In this document: in pieces, positions 24,189 through 37,367 of the stretch
Numbering within the stretch: position 1 is the first letter of the stretch
Layout of the letters: each line of letters opens with the position of its first letter
NCBI GenBank assembly: GCA_047495785.1
Contig: JBLDXI010000043.1
Span: 620,001-684,000 of the forward strand
Length of the DNA: 64,000 nucleotides
Direction: 5' to 3'
Origin: Lepidodermella squamata
Taxonomy: Eukaryota; Animalia; Gastrotricha
The notes under the pieces: generated by a model
The model's input: the letters and a program-made list of their open reading frames with translations, nothing else
What the model was told of the DNA's origin: nothing
Databases searched by the model: none
Made by a program: the position numbers and the translations under genes

Positions 24189-27100
24189 ATGAGTTCTTCG
24201 GCGCCGTGGAAGTCACAACTGACCGGTCGCAAATCGACAAATGACCCGCCGCCTCCTGCCCAACCTGCGCCAGCTCTCAAGAGCACGAACAAGTTCGGCA
24301 ACTGGGAACTAGGCCGTAAGAGCAGTCTGAAATCGACTACAGTCGAGGCTGCTCCCAAGCCGCCTAACAAGCAGGATGACCAACAGCAGCAGTCCACGGA
24401 GGAAGCAGCTACGCCTCCGATGGCGTCGACTGAGCGCCGCATGTCGCAACTGACCGTCGAACTGACGCATAGCAGTAGCAACAGCCCTGTTATCGCTAGC
24501 GACAAGTCTGAACCTCTCCTGATGAAGCAAGCTGCTGCGGACGACGGAGGAGCAAGTGACGTCCATACTACAGTCCTTAGCCCATCTGAGTCGAAACCTG
24601 AAAAAGATGATAGCAGTTCATCGTCATCATCATCTTCATCTTCTTCCTCCTCTTCCTCAAGCAGTGATGAAGAGGAGCAGGAGAAACAGGCGGCGTCTCC
24701 TTATCACGAAGTCGTTAAGCCTAATAAGGATGAAAGTAGCACCTCAAGCAGCGACGAGGAGGTTGAGAATGAGCCTGTACGAGCTCTTCCAGCAGCTAAA
24801 CCCACACCAGAGCCTGTGAGGCCCAGCCCGAGTTACACAAGCACCGTCGGGCGAAGCGGTTCATTGATGCCAGCACCCGTAACTCCGCCCGTCATCACTG
24901 CGAGTCCATCACGGGTGTCAATGGTTCCGCAGAGCAGCATTCACGTGATCGCTACAAATTACGGCAGCGACGCGAAATCACCCGCAGATAACAAAGAGGC
25001 GTATTTGCTGGAACAAATCAAGCGGCACATCATCGACCCAACGGACGCCGGTTTGGCTATAAGATTTTTATAAATTCAAGTATTAACCCTTGATTTTCAA
25101 TCAGGTGGCAGTTCAACGCTGTCGACTCGCAGCCGGCGAGCTCTGCGCGAGGCACTCGACGACTGCGGCGGACTGCGCGATGTTCGACTCGCGTACGAGG
25201 TCAGTTTTTGAAATTTATATCATGCTTGACCGAGACAAATAATATTAAGCATTCGACGTTAATTGTTTGTGGGCGGGCGGCTCGTAATTATACCGCGGTG
25301 TGTGATTCGGTTGATCGCGGGCGGATATCGCGCGCTCAAATCACCGGAAATAGATGGCATCTCACGTGTGTGCTATAGGATACCTAACTGCCTATAACTA
25401 TATGTTTATAGGAAGCTAGCGAGCGCCAATTAGAAGAAAGCAGGGCCGTGTCTATTCCGCCAACAATATGATAATAATAAACCATTTTTCTTATATGTGC
25501 TGCGATGATGATGAGGATCACATTCATTGATGGGCATCTCCGCGTGTGCGCTCCCGCCGTGCGCGCGCCCGCCCTTACCATATTGGCGGCGGGTACTACC
25601 AATAGTAAGTCTGCGCTCATTACCTACCTATATGCGCTCGCGCGCACGGGTAGTATGTATGGGTAGTATTAGTAAGTAGTAGGTAACAAGGCCAAGCAGT
25701 AAACAAGCAGCAAGCGACTGCTGCTGCTGCATTTTATTACGCGCCGCGCGCAACAGCCCGCGATTTTTCCACTGGCCCAGCAATATCCATCCTGGTGCTA
25801 TGCAGACCAAGTCCCTGCGCTGCCTGCGATGCCTCTGATACCCACGGTATTACCCGACCCGGATATCAGCAGCAGTTGTAGTAGTATGGCGAAAAACACG
25901 CCTTTGTGCGCGCCCGCCCGCGCAAACAACCGCCGCAGTGGAACAAAAGCGCGACGCGAGCGCGCGCGTGTACGCGTGTTTTTTAGCTGGCCACCGGCTA
26001 CTACTGCTACTACTACTACTAGGTACCCTACTGCCCAACTACCCTACTACTGCTACTAGCCGGTGTATCCAATGTGGCTAGACTCCTGCCGTATACCTGG
26101 CGTAATCCGCCGTGTTTTGCCGCTGGCACCGCCCCGCCCCGCCCCACGTCGGCCGTCATCGTTGAGCGCGCGTGCATGAACATAGCATAGCCTTGCTTTT
26201 ACCTCTTTTTCTTGCTCGTGACGACGCTAATGATGAATGCCATTAGGCAGCACTTGCCTTATACTGAGTAGCCAGTCACCACCAGCAGTTATTCTAACGT
26301 CGTGCTTTGCTATTTTTGTCGCTTATAAATTTTGTATTCTATTTGTCAATTATTATCAACGCCGCCGCCGCTGCCTGCCCCGTAACTGTATCGTTGCTGC
26401 TGGTTCTGATCCTTCTGCTACTGTTGTTGAACAACGTGTTATCGAATCGTGCTGCTCGAAAATTGATCCGATAACGAAATTCGATGCGCAATTGCAATTG
26501 CTTGAATCCGAGCAGAAACGCATCGAGGAGATCGAGCGAGAGTTGGAACGCGAGTCGACGAGTCGCATAAAGCTCGAGAAGCAGGTCGACGTGATGGCGA
26601 AGGAGGGCGAGGAACTGAGCGCCAAGATCGAGGATGTCGACGCCGTCGTGGTGACGCAGCTCGAGACGAACCGCAAGCGCGAGTTCGAGCTCGGCAAGGT
26701 GCGCAAAGAGCTCGACGAACAGCAGGCCTTGTACGAGGCGCAGTTGCAGCAGTTGAAGAAGAAGCACGCCGATCACATCGCCGAGTTGACGGACCAAGTC
26801 GACCAGGCACAGCGCAACAAGCTCAAGTAAGTCACTTCAGGATTTTAATTTCCAGTTGTATCACAGCAATCCGTTATAGAATGCTATCCTTTGAACTTTA
26901 ACATGTCTATCTCTAGCCATCTGAGAATTTTCCGAATTGTTTGAACTTTTCGTCATTATTCGGGAAATCTTAGAAATAATTTCTTTAGATTTTTATGCGG
27001 CAGACGACTTTTTATAATTTGGGGATTAAGATTCATTCAAAATTGATTTATTTTTTATTTTTTAATCACTGGCGATCGTTTTCAGTCGCTGAAATCGATA

Positions 27101-30006
27101 TTCAGAGCTGGAACCCATGAAAATTAAGGATATGAGGTGTTTATTTACTGAATTTCCGAATCTTTGAAATAAAATGAAGATTGATACAGCTGCAAACATC
27201 CCAGGCTGAATGCTGAATTCAGCGACGGAATAGGGTCAACTCAGAGTAAATAAGCTTAGTAACGAAACCATTCTTCGCAAAGATCAGATCTAAAATTACT
27301 AAGCATCTAATTTCTTCTTATCTTTTCGATTTAGACTCGATCGCGAGAGTAAAGAGTTCCAGCGTCAGCTCGAAGAAATGACGACGAATTTCGAGAAAGC
27401 CGATAAGCGGCGTACAGTTGTCGAGAAGCAGGCGAAGCTTCTCGAGAGCCAGGTCGGCGAGCTGACAACGCAGCTGCAAGAAGTCACTCACACGCTGGGC
27501 GACATCAAGGCGAGTCGTACGAAGACAGCGCAGGACAACGTCGAACTGGCGAAAAAGTGCCACGAACTCGAGGGCCAGGTCGTTAATCTCACCAAGAACC
27601 AGAAGGCGTTAGCTGCTCAGCTCGACGATGCGAATGCCAGTGTTGATGAAGCTGCACGACTGCGGACGAAAGCGCAACACGACCTTCGAACTACCCTAAC
27701 CGAGTTAGAGCAGTTGCGAGGCCAGGTCGACGAGACTGAAAATTCACGTGCCGAACTCGAGAAGCAGTTGAAACGAGTTAACGGCGAGCTGGCCGATGCC
27801 AAGGCTCGCCTAGCTGGTTCCGACTCGGCGAAGAATGACGAGTTGGAGGAGACCCGGCGAAAGTTACAGGCCCGTCTCTACGACGCCGAGCAACAGGCAG
27901 AAGCTGCGACTTCGAAACTGCAATCTGCAGAACGTGCTAGGGCGAAATTGCAGGCTGAGATCGACGAAGTGACGAGTGATAACGAACGTCTCGCACAGGC
28001 TCTAGCTCAGTCGGAGAAACGAGCCAAGGCCGCGGAGAGGTTGACAGCTGAACTGCAGGCCCGAGTCGCACAGGCGCAACTTGAGCTGGACGCCACTCTC
28101 AGTGATTCGAAACAGGGCCATGCCGAGGCAATCCGACTTCGCCACGAACTCGACGACCAGAAGTTGTTGGTCGAAGCCTTACGCAAGGAGAACAAGAACT
28201 TGAGCGAGGAGGTTCGTGAACTGGTCGAGCAACACCGCTCTGCTGAATGGACAAGTACCGAGCGTGAAAAGGCCCGTCGTGCCCTCGAAGCTGATAAAGA
28301 CGAACTGCTGCAACGTGTCGATGAGTTGGAAGCCCTATGCCGGGCTGAACGCGCCAAAACAGAACGTGTCGCCAGTGATTTCGCGGCTCTCCGTGACGAT
28401 TTTGAACGACGTTTAGCGGAGCGTGACGAGGAGGCCGAATCTCAGCGCAAGGCAATGCAAGTCGCGCTAGAAACCGCCCAGGCTCAGCAAGAGCAAGAGT
28501 CTCGCCTGCGCCTCGAAGCGCTTCGACAGCGCAAAAAGGCCGATGAGTTGTCCGGCGAGTTGGAAGCTCGTCTGCAGCAAGCTTTGGCCGTCGCATCTGA
28601 CACCGAGAAATTGGCGAAGCGTTTCCAAGCTCAGCTGCAGGAGCAGGCTTCCATCGTGGCAAACGCCGCTGCAGAGCGCGACCATGTCCGCCAACAACTG
28701 TTAGGAGCCGAGAAAAAACTTGCTGCCCTGGCGTCGGAACTCAACGAAGCCAACGCACAGTTGGGCCAGGCCACTAAAGCGCGAAAACAAGCTGAGTTAG
28801 AGCTTGCCGAGTGCGGTGAGCACATCGCACAGCTGCAGTCGCAAAACGGAGCACTGCAAGCCGCGAGACGGCGTCAGGATGGTGAACTTGCCGCGCTTCG
28901 GGACGACTACGACACGGCCGTCCATGAAGTTGCAGCTCTCGACGAGAAGTTGCGTCGCACCCAGGCAGACTGGGCTGCGGCTGGCGATGAGCTGAATACC
29001 GCCAAGTTGGCAATCGAAAACTCAGAAGCGGCTCGTAAGAAGTTGGAAACTTCGCTGCGAGAGGCCGCAGCTCGAATTTCAGAGCTTGAGGCTGCTGGGG
29101 CGAATCGCGCTGACAAACGAGCGTCCGCCGCTCTTGAGCAGCGGTGTCGCGAACTCGAAACCGCGTTAACCGAAGAGATGAAACGCCATGCCGACACGCA
29201 ACGAGCTGCGAAACGCGCCGAGTTGAAGATCCGCGACATGTCGACGCAGATGGACGAGGACAAGCGGTGCCAGGAGCGGCTGAAGGAAGCTGTCGAGCGA
29301 ATTCAGGCGAAGATGCGGCTGTACAAGAAGCAGCTCGAGGAGGCAGAGGAGAACGGCGTTGTTCAGATGTCCAAGTTCAGAAAACTGCAGCAGGAGTTGC
29401 AAGAGGCTGAACAGCGAGCTGATTCGTCCGAATCGATGCTGGCGAAACTGCGTCTCCGAGGCCGAACTCCTGTGCTGTCGCAGGGCGAGACTGGAGCGAG
29501 ATTGCGTACCTTATCGCCTGCGTCGGCCGCCAGTTTGAACGGAGACGCTGGTCTGATTGGCGGACCGCCATCTAGCAGCCGTGGCCGTGTTTCCGGCACA
29601 GCCACTCCAGTTGGATTGCATGGCCTGGGTGGGCTGTCGGCCATTGGCGAGCTCGCATCCCTCACAACTTCAAACAGTATGCGTTGACTTTTTGCTACTA
29701 ATTTTAGGTTTTTTCCAGTAATCTTGAGGGACGACTCTGTAGCATTGGGGTGGTTTCAAAGAGTTATCTTGCCGAAAGAATTGACAGTAGTCAGTCAGCC
29801 TCGACTAGTAGTTGTTGGCGTGATTTTAGACGTGTTTTTGATGTGCCGTGTTTGTTTGTCATCTCTGAAATGTAGATTCGATCGGTCTGCACGCTGACAC
29901 GAACGGAAACGGCAGTAGCAACGGCACTGTTTACGACGGCGATGAAGGCAGTCTAGCAGGCGGGACGAACAACAACGGCAACCATGGTGCCATAACGAAC
30001 ATCTGA
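24189..30006 (+). CDS. Headless myosin-II rod protein (catchin/myorod- or paramyosin-like) with long Ser/Pro-rich N-terminus
   Basis: Exons 24189-25050, 25105-25199, about 26516-26826, 27335-29677, 29876-30006 join in frame; Myosin_tail_1 motifs NRKREFEL, LKKKHADHIAEL, ENKNLSEEV, YKKQLEEAEE..KFRKLQQEL..AEQRAD; no motor-domain exons in the window. The exon 3 acceptor is the least certain boundary. Confidence 0.82.
26129..26145. promoter_or_regulatory. Tandem GC boxes (CCGCCC x3), candidate internal promoter of the myosin-rod gene
   Basis: ccgccccgccccgcccc about 90 nt upstream of the in-frame ATG at 26237, in a CpG-rich intron. Confidence 0.35.
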
Positions 30007-31003
30007 CGAACATTTGATGACCGACCCTAACCAGGCCAACGATCACGTCCCAGTGTTGCTTTCATCATCGCCTGCCATGAAAACAAACATCTCTGGCTGA
30101 AATGTTATCTATCAACCTATACTTACTTATACGAGACTTGGTCGAATCGCAACTCTCATCCTAATAGAATCATAGCCTATCATCTCTAGTATCCTGTTGT
30201 CTTCGTCAGTAATAACGTTTAAATCTGCTGCAAGAATGGTGCTTTTTTATGTTTTTCATTCATTCGCATATTTTTCTGTCGTTTCATCGTGAATTGGCGC
30301 GCGGTTGATGAATTTATTACGCGAACGTATACTTATAGCCGACTCAAATCATATATAGCTACTCGCTACTCGCAATTATGACTGACTTCTCGTTCTCAAA
30401 ATCTTCTTTTCGTCGTCTTCTGTTGCTCTTTTTGCAAAGCTAAAAATTAACATTTTAAAAACTGGATGCTTACTACTAATAATAACGAGTACTAATCGAA
30501 ATACTTGCTAGCAAGCAAAAACTGATATTACTACCTATTCCTATTCGAATGTGCTCGCGAATGCTAAGGCTTCAAGCTATAGCTGCTGACTACTACTGCA
30601 ATGTCGCTGCTAGAAAGACTCGCAGTTAATGATATTACTTTATTGTTATCACCATATTTAGCCTTGTTCAAATTTTCAGTGTACAATAATTTATTTGATG
30701 GCGCAGAGATGAGCAAGATTTAAAATAAAATGCAATACGCTTTGTTCAACAGATTTTTCATTAGCTAATAACAGAGTAAACCCACCCACGGCCATGCAGA
30801 TAAGTAAGGGTCGCAGGACTTAATCCGCTCCAGTTACTCATAATTGAATATCTTTCCCCTGTTACCTCTAAACCACAGATGGAAGTTCCATGTCACACTT
30901 CGAAACGCCTTTTCACTTTTTCGATCACTTTTTTATTCCAAGTAAAAAAATAGTTGGTATTTGATATCACATTGAGATGAATCGATAGTTTTGCATAACA
31001 GGT

Positions 31004-34000
31004 TTATAAGGCGTGTTTCTCGTCGTAAGAAGCGTCTCCAGTGAGGGCGACCACGAATCGCTGGCCAACAATGCGTTCGGCAACGACGAGACGAGCCCGG
31101 TGCGGGCCTTCGTGGCGCGGCGTAAACGTAACATTGATCGCAATGCGACGACCCGAGGCGAGCGCACCCGGCCCGATGCGCAAGGCAGTCGGTTTCACGC
31201 GGAAGCACCCTCGGTCCGCATCGGTCTCCGTCTCAACGTGCGCCGTCAGGAACGTGTCCGAATCGGCGTGATTCACGGCGTCGACACACAGCTCGCGACT
31301 GCGGCCGACGAGCGTCGTGGCGAAGGCGAGTCGCTCGGTCGCGAGGCTCACCAGTGGCAACGGCACGGCGCACGACACGCGAACGCTCTGCGTCGTGCCG
31401 TTGGCGTAGCGCAGCGTGAAGAAGCGGCGGTAGTGCACCGACCGCTGGCCGGTATGCGACGCCATCGTCAAATACCGGCCGTCGGACACGGCTAGATTCG
31501 GCACTAGCTCGTCGAGCTTCGCCAGCATGGATGACGAAGGCTCGACGTCTAGCCGTGCGATCAACGTGTCATGCGCTGCGAGGCTCAGTTCGGGCGATTT
31601 GCCCGTCGGTTTCGGCAACAACTCGCCACGAGTCGCCGTTCCGAGTGCGGTGATTCGGAACGGCGACGCAACTTCGGCGCATAACGCTACCTCGGTTTCG
31701 TGGTAGTTGTAAAACCGGATTGTTATCCCACTAGTTTTGCTACCCTTCGACTTCGGTCTACTGCCCTCGCCGAGGTCTAAATCGGCGTATAGGCTTTTCG
31801 GGACAATGCTATCGGCGGGGAGGGTGAGTGCCAGCGCGTCTTCATCCAGCTGTTCAACAGCGAGAAGAGACGGCTGCAACTGCGCGGTGATGTTCAGCCG
31901 CAGCGGCTCAGCCTCGTACCACTGAACGCGCGAGACGGAGCCGTCTTTCGGCCGCCGAACTTCGTCGGACAGCGAGACGTAGGCAAGGCCGAACGCCTCG
32001 AGGTTCACGTGGCTCGCCCCGATCGGCAGTGCAGCGGCGCGGCGCGGGTCGAGCGTCACCTCGACGACAGCGTGACTGCGGCCCTCGATGACCAGCTGGT
32101 TGGGGCTGACCACGAACACGCCCTCGTCATCCGCCGCCGCGCCCTCGTGCTTCCTCAACACGCAGGTCACCAACTTCTCCGGGGGCGGGTCTACGCTGGG
32201 CAGGGCTGGTGGGTTTGACGCGAGTGGGAACGCGTCCAACATGTATGTGGTCAAATCTACGAACTGCGTGTCATTCTGCACAACGTTGAATAAACGCCAG
32301 TCTAAGCGCAGTGGGCATGGGCCTTCGTTGAGGACGCGCAGCTTCTTGGAAAGCGGCGGAGTGCCGTGAACTGCGACGCCGAATCGGCACGTCGGCACTT
32401 TGCCGCGTTGGGCGACCATCATTTGGAAGAGCAGAGGCGAGCCATTGGCCTGGGCTTTCACGCGCAGAGGACACGGCGGCAGGTCGCCGACCTGCGACAC
32501 GAGTTCGTCGCAGTAGTCGCCCCACATGTCGGCGACTGCGAACACCTCCACGACTGCTGTGGCCTCGGCGGCTAGGTGCCCTGTCGACGGGATGGCGACA
32601 ACTGCCAGGCCTAAGCTATTCGCTAGCAGACGAGACCTCGCCTCGGCTACAGCCTTCACGTCAGTCGACAGCAGTTGCCGACGAAGCTCCACCTCTCGGC
32701 CAGGAGCGATGGCCGATGGGGGTGGGGCGAATTTCGAGAATTTCAGCGAGAAATCCGCGGCGATTCGCGTTGTGTTGCGGATAACGAGTTGCCGGCGAAT
32801 GACCTCGCCGAGGCGAAACGAGCCGAAGTCAACGACCGCGGGAGATTCTTTGCTTGCCGATTCGAAGATGGAGTACTCAACCTCAAGACCGCTGGCTTGG
32901 CCGCGCACGCACAGCACAAGACGCCGGTTGACCTCAGGCAGGTGGCAAGTCAGCATCGCCTCGACACTGCCGCCCTGGAACGGCTTCGCAGTGACAACCA
33001 CCGGAAGTCGCTGTTTCGGGCCCAACAACCCGCTCGCAGGTTCGACAGTGAACTCGATGGACCGGCACGTCGCAGTCTCGCCATGCACGACGTGCTGAGT
33101 GTCCCAGGCGAACTCGGTGGGCAGGTCGGTGGTGTTCAGCAGCATCGCCTGGCCTCGAGCCTGCGTGCCGACGAACAACGGCACGGTCATGAGCAGTTCG
33201 CAGCCGAGCAGGCACGCGTCCGCCTGCTGCGTGTCCGCGCACAGTTGCAGCACTCGCCGCTTGCCGAACTGCACGTCGAGGTTCAGATAGCCAGAGCGAG
33301 CGCCGAGGCGAACCGGATCGACGGGAAGTAGTTTGATATCGACGACAATCGACGACAGGGGAGGTAGAACGCCGCCGGTGGCTGAAAGCTGAATTTCATC
33401 CGGCCGGATCAACGATTCGGCTCCATTAGTGTCATCCAGGGTCAGACTCCATTTCGCATCGATAGCCGACGTGTTGGCGACTAGGAACCGCGCTTGCCCG
33501 ACACTCGTCGCTCTGATCAGGCCTAAATCGAGTTGGGTCAGCACGCCGCTGTTCTCCTGCTTGTCAGCCGGCCTGAAAACACACTCCGGGCCCTTGAAAT
33601 TCGCCTCGATCCTGAGGCAGACGGCCTCGGGGCAGAACTCGACCCAGCACGGCACGAGTTTTGTCACCTTGCCAGCCGATGTTCCCGTGATGATGGCCGT
33701 TAGATTGACCACGCCCTGCGGTTCCAGCACGCCCATTTTCGGCTCGACCTCCACGATGGCGTCGTCATCGGCGACCGGTTGCCACTCGAAGGCGGCCGGC
33801 CCATGCGAGTCGTTTCGCAGTTGCAGCTGCATGCGCGTCGACGTGCGGATGAGCATGTCGCCGTCGATGAAGAGCGCGCACGGCGAGAGGGACAGCGAGT
33901 AGGCCTCGCACAGCCCGCGCACGTCCATCTCGAGGGCGGTCACGTCGGCGACCGTGATCGAGACGGTGCTTTTCGCCGAGCGCGGGCCCTGCTGCTCGAC

Positions 34001-36275
34001 GGACGACACCGAGCCGGCCGAGGACAGCGAGCGTTCGTCGCCCGCATTTGCAGCCGGTGGCGTCGACAGTTGCGGCACGCCGGGTATGATCAGGTGAAGG
34101 GCGGCGTGCGAGGCGCCGATTTTGTCCGGCAGGTAAGACAGCGTGAACTCGGTGATTGTGCCCGCACTGAGCACGCCCGTCTGAGGCTCGACGCTGAACG
34201 GCGACGACTCTTCGATTATGCGACAATCCGGCAGTTTCACGCCACTGCTTATCGTCACCTGGCGGGAATAAAAACAACATCAATAGCGTCCTGAAATATT
34301 GCTATTTCTCTCAAATTTCGATAGGTTATCTTTGATTTTTTGAATTTCTTATTTCTTAAGGCTATGGCTCTTACCTTGGCAGATTCGCTTTCGGCTAGGG
34401 TGTCTGCGGCAGTGGGCGGTTGGCTGGGCGCGACCAGGTGCGGTTTGACGACCGCCCACACGAAGGGCACGTCGATTTTGCGGCTGTTAGCAATGCACAG
34501 CTTCTTGTCGAAGGCCATGCCGAGGTTGAGCGGCGGGAAAGCGACGTGCGCCGTGGCGAAGGCGTCGACGTAGTCGGACACCGACGGCGCGTACAGCCCG
34601 CCGTCGACGTGCGCGATGTCGAACTGCAGGCGCACGCCGTCGCCGCTCAGCGAGAACACACGCACGTCGCAGTTGTCGCACACCACGACGAAGTCAGCCG
34701 CGTGCCGCCGCGTGTCGATCGGGTTGAAAACCACCTTGAAAATCATCATAAAATCATCAATCATCTAAATCTGTCAGCTACTCTAGGTCGAATATCGCCT
34801 ACCTGTAGGGTGAATTCTTCCTTGTGTTTGAGCCGGAAAGTGCCGGGAAAGACGGAGAAACCATCGCCGACGTCGATGCCGCGCGTCGGGTTGCTGCTGC
34901 CGACGGCCTGTTTCAAACTGGCGCAGGGCCACGAGCCTCGCGGCAACACGCAGAACTTGCCCTCGCCGCCCAGATTGCGCACCTTGATCGCACTCACCTT
35001 CGTCGCAGCGATCAAACACTCACCGACGTCGATGACCCGCGGCAAGGTGAGCATTGGCGGGGGTCGTCTCCCAACCAACGGGATCACCATCGGCTCCCGT
35101 TCCAAGATGTGAACTGTCAGCTCGTCCTCGAAACCGCACAGCGCATCGGGCAAGAAGCGAATTCTGAATAGACAAGCCATGCCTGGGGCAATGAGGCTGC
35201 TCTCCGATGGAAATTCGCCGAAATTTATGCCAAAGTAGCCGCTTTTCGGCGGCGTGATTCGGCAACTTTGCAGAACTGCCGAGACATTTCGCAACTCGAG
35301 AGTCGCCTCGTAAACTTTGCCGGGTTCATAACTCGTGAAAATGACCGACGGTGGGGTGGGTATGAAAATCGGAGGTAGTGACGCGAGATCAGTCGGCCGC
35401 TCGCCTTTCGCGTACGTCTTCACCAGACTTTTCGTCCGACCGGCTTCGGATGACGTGAGAAAGCGGGGGTTCTTCGTGCCCTCGGTCTTTTTCAGCAGCA
35501 AGTCAAGTTGATTACGCTCTTCGTTGCGTTTCGCCACATTTGTGTGCTCTCGCCAGAATTCCTCCTGCTTCGGTCCTTCGACATCGCTAGAAACGTGACG
35601 TTTCTTCGGCCGCTCGCCTCTATCAGTCTTCAAAACCGATGATTCTTCAAACCCAGTGTGGTCATCTATTAAAACATATTTGTTCATGAAAAATATCGGA
35701 ATAATCTCGACTTATCACTTACCTAATTCAATGCCCTCGTCAGCCCAGGCAATAACAACATTTCTCGGTTCATCCGAACCGCCTTCAGCTCGAATAAGCG
35801 ATTTCAAGTAATTCGGCTTGTTAGACGCCTTCGGAGGAGCAGAAACCGGCGGCACGTATTGAAAGAAATCTTTTGGCGATACTAGTTTGTTCATTTGCAA
35901 CAGATCTGGGTCTAGACAGTCCCTTAGAGATGACTTAATTTTAGTCTCGTACATTTCCGATGACATTTGTTGAGCTAGCAAATTCTTCTCATTCGCGGAG
36001 ACGATTCGTGTTTGAGCATGCATGATGTGGCGTTCCAGCTGAGAGATTGTCGTTACTGCTCGGCTGTACTCGCCTTTCATCGTTTCAAGGGCTTCGACGT
36101 AAGACTCTTGAATAGCATCTTTCGAGCCTTTCGCCGCCAATATGTTTGAAACAAGATCTGACTCGAGATCGTGCAGTGGATATTTGTGAAAAGATGCGTG
36201 AATCACATGTGATACATCCTGGCTGCACTCTACCGAAGAACGCCCCGATAACAAGGGCGTCGGATTCGACGCCAT
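31004..36275 (-). CDS. DLEC1: DLEC1 / CFAP81, ciliary central-apparatus protein with ASH/PapD-like domains
   Basis: Exons 36275-35723, 35665-34803, 34734-34375, 34258-31004 join in frame; motifs KNPRFL, VYEATLELRN, IAPGMAC.F.IRFLPD, RPPPMLTLP, DMWGDYCDEL, GDASYDE. Confidence 0.9.
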
Positions 36276-37367
36276 CTAATACCTATTTGTAAAATAAAAG
36301 TGATGAAATATCTATCGGGAGCTAAATTTCATGGCTGCAGGTAGCAGAGGTCTAATTTATCTGAACCATTATGCGCTCATCTGTTGAGGTTTAAGGATAA
36401 ATTCACGAAGACCCTAGTTCCTAGTGCAAACAAGCCAAGTTACACGTGGTCAAAGCATTAATTTTTCTTCCTGATCAACAGCGCTGAAGCTGCAGTTTAA
36501 GTATAATTTCCATCTTATGGAAGTTGGAGAGAAAGACGAGTTTCAAAAACTAGCCGAATGCGGTATCGTTCATCATTCAAGCGCACTAGATATAGAAATC
36601 AGCATCCGTTTCAGGACCGCTTGCGCACAGTCCGCATCGCATCAGTTACGAGCTTGAGTTCGCAAAGGCGGCACGAGTTTTCAGAGCTGAAAAGACGAAA
36701 ATTCCTCTGACATCGTTGCCATAACAATATTATTCACACAAATAATGCAGTCTACTTGAAATATTTTTAATTCATAATTAGCTATTGTTTTTTAATTACA
36801 ATTATTTGCATGACGACCAGCTTCCCGCGCTACCAAGTTGGTACTCTAAGAACATGTGCGAGTCCATCTCGCAGATTGTGTAGTTGCTGTTACCGCAATA
36901 AGCGAGTCTTCAGGGTGCGTAGATCCGCTATAAAAACATCAACTATGACGCTATATACATGTCTTAAAACATCAGTGGATCATAGGCATTTTTTTAGGAA
37001 GGAAGCAATATGGAACTCCTCATAGAGTTCCGAAGACCACTGCCCTTGTAAGCATCTTATCCACATGAGAAACCTCTAGCTCTATTCAACTCAAAACAGC
37101 CCTTGCAAATATCTGCGTATCCGCCGAAGTCTAAGTATCTGAATATGGGCACTTGTGCCCGAAACATTGCTTGTTTGTAGCCTTAACAATGCCTCCCTGT
37201 TCGTCCATTTGAGAATTTTTTTATATAAGTGATGAAGGTCTTGCGATCTTGTGATCTGAATCATTTTCAAACCACAGTGGCAACGCCGAAATCCGGCCCA
37301 TGCATAACAGGCTTAACTTGCTTTTTGATTCTTTAGGGTCCTTTAATTGGATTGACACGGATTTAGA

